Both the position numbers and the translations under genes were made by a program. The notes under the pieces were generated by a model. It did not search any database and had not been told where the DNA came from. It saw only the letters and a program-made list of their open reading frames with translations. This document shows, one piece after another, positions 18,504 to 27,023 of a stretch of 64,000 nucleotides of DNA (its first letter is position 1; every line of letters starts with the position of its first letter). Where the stretch lies: positions 1-64,000 of IMG/VR virus record IMGVR_UViG_3300036770_007174; one strand, written 5' to 3'. The DNA is from a virus.

Positions 18504-20594
18504 ATGGCGGACGGTCTCGTCACCCTGGTGGAGGCGACGGCCTACGATCCGTCCGTCTCCAACAAGCTGATCCGCTCCGAGGAACTGGACAACGCCGGCT
18601 GGGGCAAGAGCGGCGCCACCATCACGGCCAATGCCACCCTCGCCCCAGACGGCACCGGCACCGCCGACACCATCGTCGAGACCGCCACGAACGCCTTCCA
18701 CGTCGTCTCGCAATACGTGAGCGGCATCACTGCCGGCGTACCGGTCATGGCTTCGGGACACCTCAAGGCCGCCGGCCGCAGCCGCGTGCGCATCCAGACC
18801 GATACCAGCCCCAACAACGGCACCGCCGACTTCGACCTCGCCACCGGCACCATCTCCGGCACCACCGGCATCGCCTCCGCCCCACGCCTCATCCCGCTCG
18901 GCGATGGCTGGTGGCGTTTTGCCGTGCTCTGGACCCCGACCGGCTCCGTCGCCCTCGGCATCAAGCTGATCCTCGCCGCTGGGTCCTTCGGCATCGCCTA
19001 TGCCGGCGACGGTATCTCCGGCATGCACGCCTGGGGGTTCATGCTCGACCCCTCCGGGCAGCTCAACGACTACATCCGCACGACCGGCGTCGCCGGGCCC
19101 GGCATCCGCATGCTGCGCTTTGCCAGTGGCCGCGGCCGCACGACTGGTCCCGCCGACACGCCGCCGCACGTGCACTTCGAGCCGCGGTTGCAGCAGCCGG
19201 TCAACTTCAGCCGCACCCTGTTCAGCAATGCCCGCGTCACTGGCGGTGCCTCGATCGGTGCCGGCGAGATCGTGCTCAACAACACCGACCAGGCCCTGGC
19301 CTCCTTGCGCACCCTTGGCCTCGACGGTCGCGACATCACCGTCCGCGTCGGCGCCCAGGACGCGCCGTACCCCAGCGGCTTCACCACCTTCCTGACCGGC
19401 ACTGCCGAGCAGGTGGAGATTGGCGCCCGCACGGCGACGATCCGCCTCCGCGACCGGCTTCAGCTGCTGTCCCTGCCGCTCCAGTCCAACCGCTACGCCG
19501 GGAGCAACGTGCTGCCCTCCGGGGCGGAGGGCACCGCTGACGACATCAAGGGCCAGCCCAAGCCACTGCTCTATGGCCGGCGCTACCAGGTGCCGCCGGT
19601 GCTGGTGAACACTGCCAAGCTCACCTACCAGCTGCATGACGGGCCGATGCAGGCGGTCGACGGCGTCTACGACATGGGCGTCGCGCTCACCGCCGGCGCC
19701 GACTTCGCCAACCTTGCCGCCCTCGAAGCGGCCACCCCGGGCGCCGGCACCTACATCACCTGCTTGGCGCTCGGCTTGTTCCGCCTGGGTGCCGCACCAG
19801 CTGGACGGGTCACAGCCGATGCTCGCGGCGATAGCACAGGCGGCTATGTCGGCAAGGCCGGGGAGATCACCCAGCGCATCCTGACCGGTCGCTGCGGCGT
19901 CGCAGTCGGCGATCTGGATGCGGCGTCCTTCACCGCACTGAACACCACGGCTCCTGGGGAATGCGGTGTGTTCCTGACCGGCGAGACGAACCGACAGCAG
20001 GCGATCGACCTGCTGCTCGCCTCCGTCGGCGCTTGGCTGGCGCCGACGCGGACAGGGACATGGCAGGTGGGACAATTGGCCGCCCCGTCCGGGTCGCCGG
20101 TTGCCACTCTGACCGATGTCGAGATCCTGTCGCTCGACAGCCGCGCCACCAATGACGACACGCGCGGGGTGCCGGTCTGGCGAGTCACCGTTCGCTACAA
20201 GCCCTACAGCCAGGCGTCCGCTGCCGATATCGCCGGCAGCGTATCCGCAGCCCGCTGCGCAGAACTGCTCCAGACCTGGCGCGACACCACCGCCAGCGAT
20301 GCCACCATCCAGACCAAGCACCTCCTGGCCCAAGAACTGATTCGCGAGACGGCTTTGACCACTGCCGGCGACGCGGCCACCGAAGCGGCCCGGCTGCTCG
20401 CCCTGCACGGCGTGCGGCGGGACTTCGTCCAGGCCGAAGTCTGGCTGTCCGAGAGCGCGGCCGCCCTCGACCTAGGCCAGGTCGTGCGCCTCGTCACGCC
20501 GCGCCTAGGCTACGGGCCCAGGCGGGACTTCGTGGTGGTCGGCATCGCGCTGGATGGTCGCCGCCAGCGCCTGACCCTCGACTTGTGGGGATGA
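18504..20594 (+). CDS. tail tip/hub protein with N-terminal fibre-like domain
   Basis: GEIVLNNTD, IKGQPKPLLYG, LDLGQVVRLV tail-protein motifs; N-terminal NKLIRSEELD domain. Confidence 0.75.
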   Translation: MADGLVTLVEATAYDPSVSNKLIRSEELDNAGWGKSGATITANATLAPDGTGTADTIVETATNAFHVVSQYVSGITAGVPVMASGHLKAAGRSRVRIQTDTSPNNGTADFDLATGTISGTTGIASAPRLIPLGDGWWRFAVLWTPTGSVALGIKLILAAGSFGIAYAGDGISGMHAWGFMLDPSGQLNDYIRTTGVAGPGIRMLRFASGRGRTTGPADTPPHVHFEPRLQQPVNFSRTLFSNARVTGGASIGAGEIVLNNTDQALASLRTLGLDGRDITVRVGAQDAPYPSGFTTFLTGTAEQVEIGARTATIRLRDRLQLLSLPLQSNRYAGSNVLPSGAEGTADDIKGQPKPLLYGRRYQVPPVLVNTAKLTYQLHDGPMQAVDGVYDMGVALTAGADFANLAALEAATPGAGTYITCLALGLFRLGAAPAGRVTADARGDSTGGYVGKAGEITQRILTGRCGVAVGDLDAASFTALNTTAPGECGVFLTGETNRQQAIDLLLASVGAWLAPTRTGTWQVGQLAAPSGSPVATLTDVEILSLDSRATNDDTRGVPVWRVTVRYKPYSQASAADIAGSVSAARCAELLQTWRDTTASDATIQTKHLLAQELIRETALTTAGDAATEAARLLALHGVRRDFVQAEVWLSESAAALDLGQVVRLVTPRLGYGPRRDFVVVGIALDGRRQRLTLDLWG

Positions 20595-20596
20595 CC

Positions 20597-21640
20597 TCAG
20601 GCGATCCCCAGCAGACGCTCAGCCGTCCCACCCAAGATCGCAGCCCGCTGCTCGTCTGTCAGGTCGGGCGTTTTCATCACCAGGTCCACCTCGGTGCTGG
20701 TCCAGGGGAACGGATAGTCGGTGCCCATCACCACGTGCTCGGCGCCGACCTCGGCGATCAGGTGCCGCAGCGCCTCCGGCGTGAACACGATCGTGTCGAA
20801 GAACAGCTGGCCATCCCTGAGGTAGGCGGTGGGCGGCTTCTTCGGCAGCGGACCGACCCGATGGGGAAAGGTGCGGATCACTGCATCGGACCGATTGGCA
20901 TAGGAGGGCAGGTATCCGCCGCCATGTGCGGCGCAAATGCGCAGGCCGGGATAGCGATCGAGCGTGCCCTCAAAGATCAGATGCGACAGCGCGATCGTCG
21001 TCTCCAGCGGGTTGCCGATCGTGTTCGACAGCAGCCCATTGCCCTTCAGACGGCCGGAGGCATCGAGTTCCCGCGTCCCCTGGGGGTGCAGGAAGACCAG
21101 CGCGCCCAGCTCGTCGCACTTAGCCCAGAACGGGTTGAATTTCGGGTCCGCCAGTTCCAACCCTTCGACACTGCCGCCGACACCCACGCCGCGGAAGCCG
21201 AGCTTCTTCACCGCGTGCTCCACCTGCTCGGCGGCAAGCTCCGGATGCTGCAGGGCCACAGTGGCAAAGGCGGTGAACCACTCCGGGTTGGCATCCCGAA
21301 ACCCTGCCAGGGCCTCATTCTGGATACGGATAATCTCCGCAGCCGCATCGCGCTCGGTGGCATACCACCAGGGATTGATCGACAGGACCTCCATGTCGAT
21401 GCCCTGCGCATCCATGGCCGCGACGCGGCTGGACGTATCGGACAGCAGCAGATCGCGAGCGTCTATGCGCCGGCCAAGCACCGCATGGGCTTCGGGCACT
21501 TCGCAGTGGGCATGGATATCGATGGTCCGCACGCGGCGGCCACCGATCATCACCTCGCGGCGACGCGGTTGGCTGTGCCCCTGGCGGTGGCCTTCCGCTG
21601 CGCGGGTGAATGCGCAGCCGCAGAACATGATGCCTGCCAT
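20597..21640 (-). CDS. amidohydrolase_2 family (ACMSD-like decarboxylase/hydrolase), moron
   Basis: DIHAH metal ligands, FLHP, AHGGG, GTDYPF. Confidence 0.88.
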   Translation of the reverse strand: MAGIMFCGCAFTRAAEGHRQGHSQPRRREVMIGGRRVRTIDIHAHCEVPEAHAVLGRRIDARDLLLSDTSSRVAAMDAQGIDMEVLSINPWWYATERDAAAEIIRIQNEALAGFRDANPEWFTAFATVALQHPELAAEQVEHAVKKLGFRGVGVGGSVEGLELADPKFNPFWAKCDELGALVFLHPQGTRELDASGRLKGNGLLSNTIGNPLETTIALSHLIFEGTLDRYPGLRICAAHGGGYLPSYANRSDAVIRTFPHRVGPLPKKPPTAYLRDGQLFFDTIVFTPEALRHLIAEVGAEHVVMGTDYPFPWTSTEVDLVMKTPDLTDEQRAAILGGTAERLLGIA

Positions 21641-21824
21641 GTCGACGTCCTCCAGTTTCGCCGACTCTCGCCCAGCGCCTGCAACGGTTCAATGGCTGCC
21701 GCAGCGCCCATCATCAGAAGCGCTCCAGCGATTGAGCGCCCCGTCGCCAACTTGCCCAGCCGACAGACGCTCGCGCCGGAACCAGCAATGCAGGGCGGAC
21801 CCAACACGAGAGGACTGAACGGAG

Positions 21825-22682
21825 ATGGCAAAGCTCCAGCTCTCCCTCGCCAACGTCGCGGACGGCGGGACGCTTTCCGGCGGCCTCTGGCTCGGCACCG
21901 CGCCGCTGGCCAACCTGCAACAGCGCTTGCTGTCCAAGGTCGCTCGCTCCGTCGACCTGCTCGCCACTAGCACGCGCCTTGATGTCGACCTCGGCACCGC
22001 CAGCACCATCGTGCGCTTCGTGGGCCTCGCCCGGCACAACCTCACCACGGCGGCGACCTATCGCATCACCGCCGGCACCACGGTCGGTGGGACGGACCTC
22101 TACGACAGCACCACCCTGCCGGTCTGGCCCGCCGTCTATCTCCCCGAGGACCTCGAATGGGAGGATGACAACTGGTGGGAGGGGCAGATCACTGCCGCTG
22201 AGGCCGAAGGCTACCCCATCGCCCTGGAACACGACGTCGGCAGCAACATCCGTGCCCGCTATTGGCGCATCGCCTTCTCTGACCTCACCAACCCGGCTGG
22301 CTACGTCGAGCTCGCCCGCCTGTGGATGGGTCCGCTCTGGTCGCCACAGCGCAACCTCAGCTACGGCGCCGGCCTCACCTGGGAAGCGCGGTCCATCGCC
22401 GAATACTCCCTCGGCGGCGTGCTGTTCAGCGAGCCGCGCCCACCCGCCCGCGTGCTGCGCCTCACCCTCAACGCCCTGAACGACGCCGAAGCCTACGGCA
22501 CCATCCTCGATGCCCAGCGCCGTGTCGGCACCGACGGCGAGGTCTGGGTCATCCCCAATTGGGACGACGCCGCCCGGCGCTTCAAGCGGGACTTCCTCGC
22601 CCGCTTCCGCCGCTTCGATCCCATCGCCCAGGTCCACAACCGCCTGCACGAGACCAGCTTCGAACTGGAGGAGCGTCTATGA
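21825..22682 (+). CDS. distal tail-like protein
   Basis: ARYWRIAFSDLTNPAGYVELARLWMG motif; GGAG RBS. Confidence 0.7.
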   Translation: MAKLQLSLANVADGGTLSGGLWLGTAPLANLQQRLLSKVARSVDLLATSTRLDVDLGTASTIVRFVGLARHNLTTAATYRITAGTTVGGTDLYDSTTLPVWPAVYLPEDLEWEDDNWWEGQITAAEAEGYPIALEHDVGSNIRARYWRIAFSDLTNPAGYVELARLWMGPLWSPQRNLSYGAGLTWEARSIAEYSLGGVLFSEPRPPARVLRLTLNALNDAEAYGTILDAQRRVGTDGEVWVIPNWDDAARRFKRDFLARFRRFDPIAQVHNRLHETSFELEERL

Positions 22683-23260
22683 GTACGAATGATTGGGCAT
22701 TGCTCCAGGCACTGACCGACCAGAGTTTTGCCAACGGCGCCTTCCGGCAGACCCTGCGCCCCGCCTTCAATGCCGTCGGCGCCACCGGACAGGATGCCGC
22801 CGCCTACGCCGAACTCGCCCTTGCCTATGCCACCGCCGGGGCGGGCAGTCTGGCTACGCAACTGGCTCTCGGCACGCCGGCCAATGGCGTCGGAAACGAG
22901 CCGATGGACCTGCCGCGCCTAGCCTATCTCGACAGCGGCGGCTTCCGGCCGTGGGACATGGCGCTGTCGCTTTATCCCAACACCCAGAACGCCACCTATC
23001 AGATCACCCCCCACGACGCCGGCAAGCTGCTGCTCTGCACCAACGGCACCCGCACCTGGACCCTGCCGGTGGCCACCGATGTCTGGCTAGGCTGGACCTG
23101 CCGGCTGCGCAACCGCAGTGGTGCCACCCTGACCCTGAACACCGGTGCCGCCACCGACGCCATCAACGGCGGCACCGCCGGCGTCGGCATCACGGTCGCC
23201 ACCAGTTCCGCGATCCTCACCGTCGTCTGCACCGGCAGCGCATCCTTCGAGGTGGCATAA
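22679..23260 (+). CDS. minor tail protein
   Basis: ATGA overlap; YQITPHDAGKLLLC...TWTLP tail-fibre-type motif. Confidence 0.6.
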   Translation: MSTNDWALLQALTDQSFANGAFRQTLRPAFNAVGATGQDAAAYAELALAYATAGAGSLATQLALGTPANGVGNEPMDLPRLAYLDSGGFRPWDMALSLYPNTQNATYQITPHDAGKLLLCTNGTRTWTLPVATDVWLGWTCRLRNRSGATLTLNTGAATDAINGGTAGVGITVATSSAILTVVCTGSASFEVA

Positions 23261-23262
23261 CC

Positions 23263-24510
23263 ATGTCCGTCGAACCCGCCATCAACTGGCAGTTCCACAA
23301 GGCGCCGGGGCTGATCGACCCGCGCGCCCGCTTCACCCGGACCGGGGCTGCCCGCAGTGTCGGGCGCACTGGCCTGCTTCGGGCCGTGCCGGCCAACACC
23401 GGCCGTTGGCAGCACCATCCCGTCACTGGCGTCTGTGAGGGGCTGCTGATCGAGCCACAGCGCACCAACCTACTGTTGCGCAGCGAGGAACTGGACACTG
23501 CTCCCTGGTCCGCGGCCAACCTGACCGTCACCCCCAATGCCACCACCGCCCCGGATGGCACCACGACGGCGGATACGCTCACCGCAACGGCCACCGGCGG
23601 CAAGCTGGCCCAAGCCGTCACCATCACCGCCGGGCGCGGCATTGCCTTCGTGGTGTTCGTCAAGGCAGCCGCGAGCGGCTTCGCGGTGCTGGAGCTGAGC
23701 GACGGCAGCAACACCATCCAAGTCTGGTTCAACCTGGTCAGCGGCGCCGTCGGAACCCACACCGCCGGTGCCGGCACGCTGCTCTACAGCGCCAAGACGA
23801 TCGAGGCGCAGGGGGCCGGCTGGTATCGCTGCGCCATCGAGGCCACCAGCACGACGGTCACCGCGATCGCCGCGTCGATCGCGCCCGCTGCGGCCGACAG
23901 CACCCAGCCGGCCGCCACCAACAGCATCCATGCCTGGGGCGCGCACCTGGAGGCGGAGGCCACACTCACCAACCCCACCAGCTACATCCCCACCACCACG
24001 GCCTCCGTTACCCGCGGGGCCGACAACCTCTACCTCGACGTCGACACGCGCTGGTTCAACCCCAGCGAGGGGACGATGATCTTCGAGTATGTCAACCGGA
24101 TCGTGCCGGGGCAGACCGGCGGCAGTGCGCTGGTCTATGGTGGCTTCGGACTGACCTTCAACGACACCTTCTACCTCTCGCGCTTCACCACCGGGCAGTT
24201 GGTTCTGAATACGCGGGCCGCCGGCACCGGTTATTCCGCCATCACCCGGCCGTTCGGCTTCGCCAACGCGGTGATCTTCCGCATGGCCATCGCCTGGGCG
24301 AACCTGGACGCAGCGTTCTGCCTCGATGGCGGCACGGTCAGCGGGCACGCACTATGCCCCTTGCCAGCCACGCCGGCGCGCATCGCCATTGGCGCGGCGC
24401 CCTGGTCGGAGCCGTCCTCGTCCTCGCTCGCCAACGCCACCTGCCGGGCGTTCCAGTACTTCCCGCGCCGGCTGTCCAATGCCCTGCTGCAGACGCTGAC
24501 GGCCCCATAG
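23263..24510 (+). CDS. tail fibre/spike receptor-binding protein
   Basis: GLLIEPQRTNLLLRSEEL, WYRC, PTSYIPTTTASVTRGAD, LamG-like C-terminus (YFPRRLSNA). Confidence 0.75.
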   Translation: MSVEPAINWQFHKAPGLIDPRARFTRTGAARSVGRTGLLRAVPANTGRWQHHPVTGVCEGLLIEPQRTNLLLRSEELDTAPWSAANLTVTPNATTAPDGTTTADTLTATATGGKLAQAVTITAGRGIAFVVFVKAAASGFAVLELSDGSNTIQVWFNLVSGAVGTHTAGAGTLLYSAKTIEAQGAGWYRCAIEATSTTVTAIAASIAPAAADSTQPAATNSIHAWGAHLEAEATLTNPTSYIPTTTASVTRGADNLYLDVDTRWFNPSEGTMIFEYVNRIVPGQTGGSALVYGGFGLTFNDTFYLSRFTTGQLVLNTRAAGTGYSAITRPFGFANAVIFRMAIAWANLDAAFCLDGGTVSGHALCPLPATPARIAIGAAPWSEPSSSSLANATCRAFQYFPRRLSNALLQTLTAP

Positions 24511-24521
24511 GAGCTCCCGCC

Positions 24522-25079
24522 ATGTGGATCACGACCTGCCACCGGTTCACCAGCCGGGCGGAGCTTCTCGCGGTGTGCCAGGCCGCAGGCTGGCCCTGTC
24601 CGCCGGGGCAGGATCCAGAGCCGCCGCCAGGTGTCGCGCTCGACATCCTAGGGCCGATCGTCAGCCCGCCAGAGATCGCTGCGGGCGGCGCGCCGATCCC
24701 AGGCGAGGTTCTCGATCCTCGTTACCACGTTAATCTCGCTTGGCATGGTCGCGAGATCGATCTGGCCTTCACGACGTCCTTGGTTGTGCCGGCGGCGCCG
24801 TCGCGCAGGTGGGACCTCACCTCAACTCCGATATCCCCACCGCCTGTGCCCACCAGCATTCCCGCCTGGAAGGGAAAAGCAGCACTACGGGAAGCAGGTT
24901 TGCTGGATGCCGTTGAGGCAGCCGTCGCGGCAATAGGCGGTCGTGTTGAGGACGCCTGGGCCGGCGCATCCGAATGGAGCCGAGACAGCGAATTTCTCGC
25001 ATCGTTGGCCGAGGACCTCGGACTGACTGAACAGCAAATCAACAGCCTGTTCCGCGCGGCCGGAGCCATGCAGAGTTAA
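24522..25079 (+). CDS. tail fibre assembly-type protein
   Basis: PAWKGKAAL...LLDAVEA...W...LGLTEQQINSLF motif; last gene of the tail module. Confidence 0.6.
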   Translation: MWITTCHRFTSRAELLAVCQAAGWPCPPGQDPEPPPGVALDILGPIVSPPEIAAGGAPIPGEVLDPRYHVNLAWHGREIDLAFTTSLVVPAAPSRRWDLTSTPISPPPVPTSIPAWKGKAALREAGLLDAVEAAVAAIGGRVEDAWAGASEWSRDSEFLASLAEDLGLTEQQINSLFRAAGAMQS

Positions 25080-25392
25080 AGAGGCGCCAGCCCCCCAAGG
25101 CAGAGTCAACAGCAAAGGCCCGAACGGACGGCGCACCGAAAACGGGATGGAACCTGCCGAGCCCCGCCGCGAATGCGAGGGCCGACGGAGACGACATGGC
25201 CCCAGGCGCCAAGCCGGGCTACTGGGCAGTTGTCCCGGACGATGCAAGCAGCACCGCATTTGCGTCGGGATACCATGTGTGGCCAAACATGTGGACGACG
25301 GCATGCTATCCTTCGCGCCGAGTCGGGACGAAATGGAGAAGCTATCTTGGATGCTCCGCGGACAGCGTCATTCCGGATGCGGCAACGCCGAC

Positions 25393-25425
25393 TTGCCTTG
25401 AAGTGGAATGAATTCTATTAAATAA
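25393..25425 (+). promoter_or_regulatory. putative sigma70 promoter of defence operon
   Basis: TTGCCT-N17-TATTAA in an AT-rich patch just upstream of the GHKL ATPase. Confidence 0.35.
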
Positions 25426-25436
25426 ATTTGGTGACG

Positions 25437-27020
25437 ATGAATGAATTAGACAGAGCAGAACCAATGGTAAAGAGTCTTGGTGAAGATTACACGATCGTCG
25501 CTTTGGATAAATTTATCCAGGCTACCCGTGATTCCGGCTATAAGGGCACTGCAAGCGCTGTCGCAGAACTGATCGACAATTCCCTTCAAGCCGGAGCGAC
25601 CGAAATCGCCGTATCTATCACTGTGGATGAGAATGCCGACGAAAATCCGTTGATCCTGTCTGTTGTTGATAATGGATCCGGAATGGATGCCCGAACACTG
25701 CGGACCGCGTTGCGCTTCGGCGGCAGTTCCCGGTTCAATGATCGGAGCGGTCTCGGGCGCTATGGTATGGGGTTGCCGAACAGTTCGCTCAGTCAGGCGA
25801 AGCGCGTCACGGTTCATACATGGCAATCACGCAGCGGCCAGGTTCTTAGTTCGTACCTCGACATCGATGAGATCGCCGCCGGTGCGCTCATCACGGTTCC
25901 GGATCCGAAAGTCGTGCCTAGACCAAAATTCGTCGGTGGTCACGAGAGTGGCACCGCGGTCACTTGGTCCCGCTGCGACCGTCTGGATAATCGCCGTATA
26001 TCGACGCTCACCAGGCGCCTCCTGGTATCTCTAGGGCGCCGATTCCGGCATTTTCTTTGGGATGCGGTTTCGCTGAAGATCAACGGCGACATCGTCGAAC
26101 CGATCGATCCGCTGTATCTGCATCCAAGCAGCCGATTCTCTGGCGCGACGCAATTCGGAGATGAACTGGCAATTGAAGTTGCCGCAAGACCTGACGACCG
26201 CGCGACAACTGGGGTGGTGTACATCCGATTTTCTGAACTTCCCGTCGAGACATGGTCGAGCCTCGGAAACGACGAAAAGCGCTTTCGGGGTATCTCGAAG
26301 GGCGCTGGCGTGTCGGTCGTAAGGGCGGGCCGGGAGGTTGACTACGGCTGGTTCTTCCTGAACGGCAAGCGGCGGGAAAACTACGATGACTGGTGGCGCT
26401 GTGAGGTGCGATTTGACCCGGTGCTGGACGAAGCCTTCGGGATCACGCACAGCAAGCAGCAGATCCGTCCGATGTCCCACCTCGTCGAAGCTATCGCGCC
26501 AGACATAGAAGCGATCGCGAGAGCGCTCAACGTCCGTGCACGGAAGGCGCACCTTGCTGTCAAAACTGCTGAACGGTTCAGTGCATCCGAAGGTCGGGCG
26601 CGCGAAAAGGACATTATGCTTCCTCCGCTGCCGCCGCGGCGCCGACCTCGTGACGAGAAGGTCCTGGGCGGACTGGGGAAGAGTCTGCCTCCCAGCACTG
26701 ATGTGAGCGCTCCGCACCACAAGACAGAGTATCACATTCTTGCAAAGTCCCTCAGCGAGACGTTGTTTTTCAACTATGCCCGTGACGACGGAAGATTCGT
26801 GCTGGTCATCAATCCGGAGCACCCATTTTACAAGACCATATACAAACCCTTGCTTGATGCGGACACGCCGGCCGAGGCGGCCCTGCGAGGGCACCTCGAT
26901 CTTTTGCTCCTCGCTATGGCGCGAACTGAGGCCCTCCTAGAGAAGGAGACGGACATCAAGTTCGCGGAGGCTATTCGGAAGGGGTGGAGCGATACACTAG
27001 CAACACTCCTCGACTCCTGA
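25437..27020 (+). CDS. MORC-family GHKL ATPase
   Basis: Bergerat motifs AELIDNS, DNGSGM, GRYGMGL, GTAV; S5-like VVRAGREV...LDEAFGITHSKQQI; INPEHPFY. Confidence 0.9.
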   Translation: MNELDRAEPMVKSLGEDYTIVALDKFIQATRDSGYKGTASAVAELIDNSLQAGATEIAVSITVDENADENPLILSVVDNGSGMDARTLRTALRFGGSSRFNDRSGLGRYGMGLPNSSLSQAKRVTVHTWQSRSGQVLSSYLDIDEIAAGALITVPDPKVVPRPKFVGGHESGTAVTWSRCDRLDNRRISTLTRRLLVSLGRRFRHFLWDAVSLKINGDIVEPIDPLYLHPSSRFSGATQFGDELAIEVAARPDDRATTGVVYIRFSELPVETWSSLGNDEKRFRGISKGAGVSVVRAGREVDYGWFFLNGKRRENYDDWWRCEVRFDPVLDEAFGITHSKQQIRPMSHLVEAIAPDIEAIARALNVRARKAHLAVKTAERFSASEGRAREKDIMLPPLPPRRRPRDEKVLGGLGKSLPPSTDVSAPHHKTEYHILAKSLSETLFFNYARDDGRFVLVINPEHPFYKTIYKPLLDADTPAEAALRGHLDLLLLAMARTEALLEKETDIKFAEAIRKGWSDTLATLLDS

Positions 27021-27023
27021 CGG

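Noticed and set aside
16038-20408. 1456 aa minus-strand ORF, and similar long antisense ORFs (1435-3285, 4308-5780, 5083-6933, 58397-59884)
   Set aside because: Shadow frames of high-GC genes on the opposite strand; no motifs
23263-25430. Diversity-generating retroelement or invertible tail-fibre cassette
   Set aside because: No reverse transcriptase, template repeat or inverted fibre copy seen
25080-25430. Small ORFs or ncRNA between the tail and the defence island (also 29076-29388)
   Set aside because: No motif, coding signal or repeat structure I can support by eye; an Infernal/Rfam and conservation search would be needed
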